The notes beneath the pieces are model-generated. The model was given only the letters and a program-made list of their open reading frames with translations, searched no databases and had not been told where the DNA came from. A program made the position numbers and the translations under genes. From Mustelus asterias (Eukaryota), in assembly GCF_964213995.1 (NCBI RefSeq), contig NW_027590128.1, positions 744,001-808,000 of the forward strand: a stretch of 64,000 bases of DNA, given 5' to 3'. Of this stretch, positions 59,025-64,000 are shown piece after piece. Every line of letters starts with the position of its first letter. Position 1 is the stretch's first letter.

Positions 59025-59417
59025 TCTTTGGCTACATTCACAACCTTTTGTAGTTCCTTGCGGTCTTGGGCAGAGCAGGAGTCATACCAAGCCGTGATAC
59101 AACCAGAAAGAATGCTTTCTATGGTGCATCTGTAAAAGTTGGTGAGAGTCGTAGCTGACATGCCAAATTTCTTTAGTCTTCTGAGAAAGTAGAGGCATTG
59201 GTGGGCTTTCTTAACTATAATGTCAGCATGGGGGGACCAGGACAGGTTGTTGGTGATCTGGACACCTAAAAGCTTGAAGCTCTTGACCCTTTCTATTTCG
59301 TCCCCATTGATGTAGACAGGGGCATGTTCTCCTTTACGCTTCCTGAAGTCAATGACAACCTCCTTTGTTTTGTTGACATTGAGGTAGAGATTATTGTTGC
59401 CACACCAGTTCACCAGA
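59025..59417 (-). mobile_element. Rex1/Babar RT fragment
   Basis: WCGNNNLYLNVNKTKEVVIDFRK...ESILSGCITAWY. Confidence 0.85.
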
Positions 59418-59511
59418 TGGAGCGGCAGCTTGTAGTGTTAGACCCGGGCTGACTGCCGCCATTGAGGCTGCATGTGGGAGGCCGGCAGGGATTGTGATCG
59501 GAGAGTGAAGC

Positions 59512-59650
59512 CCTGACGTCACAATGGAATGGGTGAGGGTGTGACGTCACAATGGAATGGTTGAGGGTGTGACGTCACAATGGAATGGGTGAGCGTGTGA
59601 CGTCACAATGGAATGGGTGAGAGTGTGACATCACAATGGAATGGGTGAGG
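59512..59650. repeat. 28-bp CRE minisatellite x5 (inverted paralog of 8296-8426)
   Basis: TGACGTCA at 59514, 59542, 59570 and 59598; TGACATCA at 59626. Confidence 0.92.
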
Positions 59651-59699
59651 GTTCCAGATGAGCTGAGACTGGGCTGGAGTCGGGCGATGGCACTGACAT

Positions 59700-59998
59700 G
59701 TGGCCCGGTGGCACAGTGGTTAGTGCAGCTGCCTAACAGCGCCAGGGACCCGGGTTCAATTCCAGCCTCGGGTTGCTGCCTGTGCAGAGATTCTACATTC
59801 CCCCCGTGTCTGTGTGGGTTTCCTCCGGGTGTTCCGGTTTCCTTCCACAGTCCAAAGATGTGCTGGTTAGACGGATTGGCCATGATAAATTGTCACTTGG
59901 TATCAGGGGGATTAACGGGTAAATATGTGGATAGGGCCTGGATGGGATTGTTGTCGGTGCAGGCTCGATGGGCTGAATGGCCTCCTCCTACACTGTAT
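59700..59998 (+). mobile_element. HE1/V-type SINE
   Basis: ccggtggcacagtggttagtgcagctgcc head. Confidence 0.8.
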
Positions 59999-60159
59999 TT
60001 TATTATTCATTATTATTAATTAATGACTATTCTGATTTCCAGCTGTTTCTGAGTTTTAACTGTATCCTCTATTGTGAACACCGAGGCAAAATACTTGTTC
60101 AATTCATCTCCCAGCTCCTTATTTTTCATTATCAATTCCTGGACTCACTTTCTATTAGA

Positions 60160-60860
60160 CAGTTAAGAAATGAGGTGGAGCAAGTGACTGAAGTGTCAGT
60201 CAGGGAGCACTATTGGGAGCACCAATAATTTCAAAATAGTTCTGGAAAAAGATAGGACAGGTCCACAGGTCAAGGCCCTAAACTGGAGCCGGGCCACTTT
60301 TGTGGGCATTAGGCAGGATCGAGCAGATGTCGATTAGGTGAATTTCTTTGAAGGGAAAGGAATGACTGGCAAATGGGAGGTTTTAAAAGTGTGATATCAA
60401 GAGTCCAGGGGCAGTATATTCCTGTTAAGATGAATGGAACGAATGGTAAATTTAGGGATCTCTGGCAGACAAGGGATATTGAGGCTCTGGTCAGGTAAAA
60501 GAAGGAAGCAGACATTGGGTTTAGGCAATCGGGGACAAGTGAATCACTCTGATTATAAGAAGTGTAAGAAAATACTGAAGAGGGAAATCAGGAGGACAAA
60601 AAGAGGGTATGATATGGATCTGGCAGGTAAGATTAAAGAAAATTCCAAGAGGTTCTATAGCTATATTACGAGTAAAAGGGTGGCTAGAGAGAGAATAGAT
60701 CCCCTTAAAAATCAGTATGGCCATCTGTGTGTGGAGCCACAGGAGATGGGTGAGATTTTTAATGAATACTTCTCCTCTGTGTTTACTGCGGAGAGCACCA
60801 TGGGTGCTAAAGAAATAAGGGAAACAAGTGGTGATGTCTTGGGCACACGCATGTTACTTG
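60160..60860 (+). mobile_element. Degraded CR1 ORF2 middle fragment
   Basis: LKREIRRTKRGYDMDLAGKIKENSKRFYSYI...NEYFSSVFT. Confidence 0.8.
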
Positions 60861-61524
60861 GGAGGAGCCTTAGGAAAGCAAATTACTGCGGATGCTGGAA
60901 TCTGAAACCAAGAGAGAAAATGCTGGAAAATGTCAGCAGGTCTGGCAGCATCTGTAAGGAGAGAAAAGAGCTGATGTTTCTTGTCTAGATGACCCTTTGT
61001 CAAAAGCTCTGAAACATCAGTTCTTTTCTCTCCATACAGATGCTGCCAGACCTGCTGAGAATGGGGAGAGAGCTTTTGGGGAATGAGAGAGGAAAGAATG
61101 TTCCATAGAAATTGTCTGTTCTGAATTTCTATCCTGTACTGACACTGATGACTTTTGTAAACTCATTTTCCAGGATTTTGAAAGAGGAATCACAGGCCGA
61201 AATGTCAAACATCACGTCTAGATCTGACAGAGTCGTATTCCTTGGGACCTCAATATCACCGGACTTTGAATCCAGAAGGAGAAATGATTGTCCAGTCTGT
61301 CGATTTGAAGAGATTTGAAATGTCAGTGTGAGTGAAAAAGCATCAACACACTGCCACACTTGAGTGAGAGTGTTCCAATGCACTGACTAAAGAGCTTTAA
61401 CCAGTTACACAGTCTGAATAAGTATCACAACATTCACAGCGGGTAGAGACTGTAATCTTGTTCTGTGTGTGGACGAAGTTTCAACTAGTTGTCCACCCAA
61501 GAGAGAGGCAAGGACGCCTGCACC

Positions 61525-62198
61525 ATGGAGAAACCATGGAAATGTGTGGACTGTGGGAAGGGATGCAGAACCCCATCTCAGCTGGAAGCTCATCGGCGCA
61601 ACCACACTGGGGAGAGCCGTTCATCTGCTCTCAGTGTGGGAAGGGATTCACTCAGTCATCCCACCTGCAATCACACCAGCTACGTCACACAGGAGAGAAG
61701 CCGTTCACCTGCTCTCAGTGTGGGGAGGGATTCACTCGGTCAACCAACCTGCAGTCACACCAGCGAGTTCACACTGGGGAGAGACCATTCACCTGCTCTC
61801 ACTGTGGGCAGGGATTCATTCAGTTCTGCAGCCTGCAGACACACCAACGCATTCACACTGGGGAGAAGCCGTTCACCTGCTCTCAGTGTGGGAAGGGATT
61901 CACTCAGTCATCCAACCTGCGGACACACGAACGAGTTCACACTGGGGAGAAACCATTCACCTGCTCTCAGTGTGGGCAAGAATTCACTCAGTCATCCAAC
62001 CTGCGGACACACGAACGAGTTCACACTGGGGAGAGGCCATTCACCTGCTCTCAGTGTGGGAAGGGATTCACTCGGTTATCCACCCTGCGGACGCACCAGC
62101 AAGTTCACACTGGGGAGAGGCCGTTCACCTGCTCTCAGTGTGGGAAGGGTTTCAGCGTTTCATCCCAGCTGCTGAGACATCAACAGGTTCACGAGTGA
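61525..62198 (+). pseudogene. C2H2 ZNF gene, 8 fingers, 1-nt frameshift after finger 1
   Basis: MEKPWKC start at 61525. The linker reads ggggagagccgttc, one base short, at ~61615. Acceptor at 61173/61174. Confidence 0.8.
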
Positions 62199-62434
62199 TG
62201 ACAGTGGTTGGATTCTGCTGTTATTGTTTCTGCTCTCAATTACATCCAGGATTGCATTTTGTTCATTCTCACAGTTGGTCAATAGGAAGGGTCAGAGGGT
62301 TTCTTTGTGCTGGACTGGCCGGTCTCAGCCTCCAGTGGGCTGATGCTCTTTGAGTCTTTTTGTGAATACCTGGTTTCAAATGTCACAAGGATCACAGAGT
62401 GACAGTGTGTTAGGAAGTTTAGAGATATTTAGTC

Positions 62435-63071
62435 AGAAGAAAACAGAGGTTGGCAGTGCAAAGGTACATTTCTGAATGGAGGGCTGTGACAAGTGACGTT
62501 CCTCAGGGATCAGTGCTGGGACTTTTGCTGTTTGTAATATATATAAATGATTTGGAGGAAAATGTAACTGGTTTGATTGGTAAGTTTGTGGACGACACAA
62601 AGGTTGGTGGATTTGCGGATAGCGATGAGGACCGGCAGAGGATACAGCAGGATATGGATCAGTTGGAGACTTGGGCGGAGAGATGGCAGATGAAGTTTAA
62701 TCCGGACAAATGTGAGGTAATGCATTTTGGAAGGTCTAATACAGATGGGAAATATACAGTAAATGGCAGAACCCTGAAGAGTATTCATAGGCAGAGGCAT
62801 CTGGGTGTACAGGTACACAGGTCATTGAAAGTGGCAATGCAGGTGGAGAAGATAATCAAGAAGGCATACGGCATGCTTGCCTTCATCGGCCGGGGCATTG
62901 AGTTTAAAAATTGGCAAGTCTTGTTGCAGCTTTATAGAACCTTAGTTAGACCGCACTTGGAATCTAGTGTTCAATTCTGGTCACCACACTACCAGAAGGA
63001 CGTGGAGGCTTTGGAGAGGGTACGGAAAAATATTTATCAGGATGTTGCCTGGTGTGGAGGGCATTAGTTAT
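62435..63071 (+). mobile_element. CR1 RT fragment
   Basis: [14 protein letters not shown] and PHLESSVQFWSPHY motifs. Confidence 0.85.
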
Positions 63072-64000
63072 CAGGACTGAACATGTGGCTGTGTAACCTG
63101 AGGTGTAAGAAATATGTCCCAGCCACGCTCTTCCATGATTCAGTGGTCCTGGAGGCAGAACAGAAGCTCCTTTACAACTGGGTTTAGAGTCAGGAAGAAC
63201 AACGGTGAATATTGGAAATGTGATGTCAAGTCAGAGATTGGTGTTAAATTGGGATCTGTTCCAGACTGAGACTCTGAGAATAAATAGAAATGTGGAATGA
63301 ACATTTAAAATGTTTGTGTGATATTCTTGATCAGACAATAACAGCACTCTACATTTTTATTGTCTCTTTAACAGAGTAAATGTGAGAACTGACACTGTTT
63401 TCAGATGATGTCATTGATGGGAATATGTTGATGAGAAATAAGAGGCCAAGCCTCTGGAGACACCAGAGGTAAGTGTGGGAATGGGAAGGGAAGATATTAG
63501 AAGTGATTCTCTGACTCTGATTGAAGAGAGAAGAACAGTTTTAAAGTTTACTGATTTATTAGTGTCACAAGTAGGCTTACATTAACACTGCAATGAAGTT
63601 CCTGTGAAAATCCCCTGGTCGCCACATTCCTGCACCTGTTCGGGTACACTGAGGGAGAATTTAACATGGTCAATGCACCCTAACCAGCACATCTTTTGGA
63701 CTGTGGGAGGCAACCAGAACATCCGGAGGAAACTCACGCAGACAAGGGGAGAATGTGCAGACTCTGCACAGACAGTGACTCAAGCCGAGAATCATACCCG
63801 GGTTTCTGGTGCTTGTGGCAGCAGTGCTAACCACCATACCACCCATATAGATCCAGGAGAGAGTAGCCCGACCCAGCTGCACAACAGTGGAGAGGGATGG
63901 AGCAGGATAATGTGGGCGACCTTGTCAAAGGCTGCAAATCGGTCGAGGATGAGAAGGGAGAGTTTATCTTTGTCGCAGTCACATAGGATGACAGTGCGGA
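63072..64000 (-). repeat. Inverted duplication of ~55393-56326 (ZNF 3' flank, L2 and SINE)
   Basis: Reverse-complement similarity throughout, including the same SINE insertion (63550-63840). Confidence 0.9.

Overview
Vertebrate genomic DNA, almost certainly from an elasmobranch (shark), judging by HE1/V-type tRNA-SINEs, CR1, Rex1/Babar, L2 and Penelope elements. The window is a transposon-rich cluster of KRAB-less tandem C2H2 zinc-finger (ZNF) genes. There are seven finger arrays: two look intact (34968-35978 and 56369-57040, both minus), one has 14 intact fingers but has lost its ATG (2333-3568, minus), and four are frameshifted or partial. Most arrays are tied to CpG/NRF1-rich promoter modules and non-coding first exons. 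The window also holds a tandem duplication with two full-length, structurally plausible 7SL (SRP) RNA genes, a degenerate tRNA-Val(GAC), a nearly full-length CR1, Penelope elements with minimal hammerhead ribozymes, and several minisatellites. The most interesting signals are: (i) a reusable promoter cassette (GC box, CCAAT, a TGGAGGACC-N14-GGTCCTCCA inverted repeat, NRF1 sites); (ii) a conserved peptide tail that is coding in some ZNF paralogs but lies behind a TGA in others; (iii) a fossil-finger leader with a positionally conserved stop; (iv) 7SL copies with a re-written helix 6; and (v) an intronic CRE minisatellite. All calls were made by eye without database searches, and repeat boundaries are approximate.
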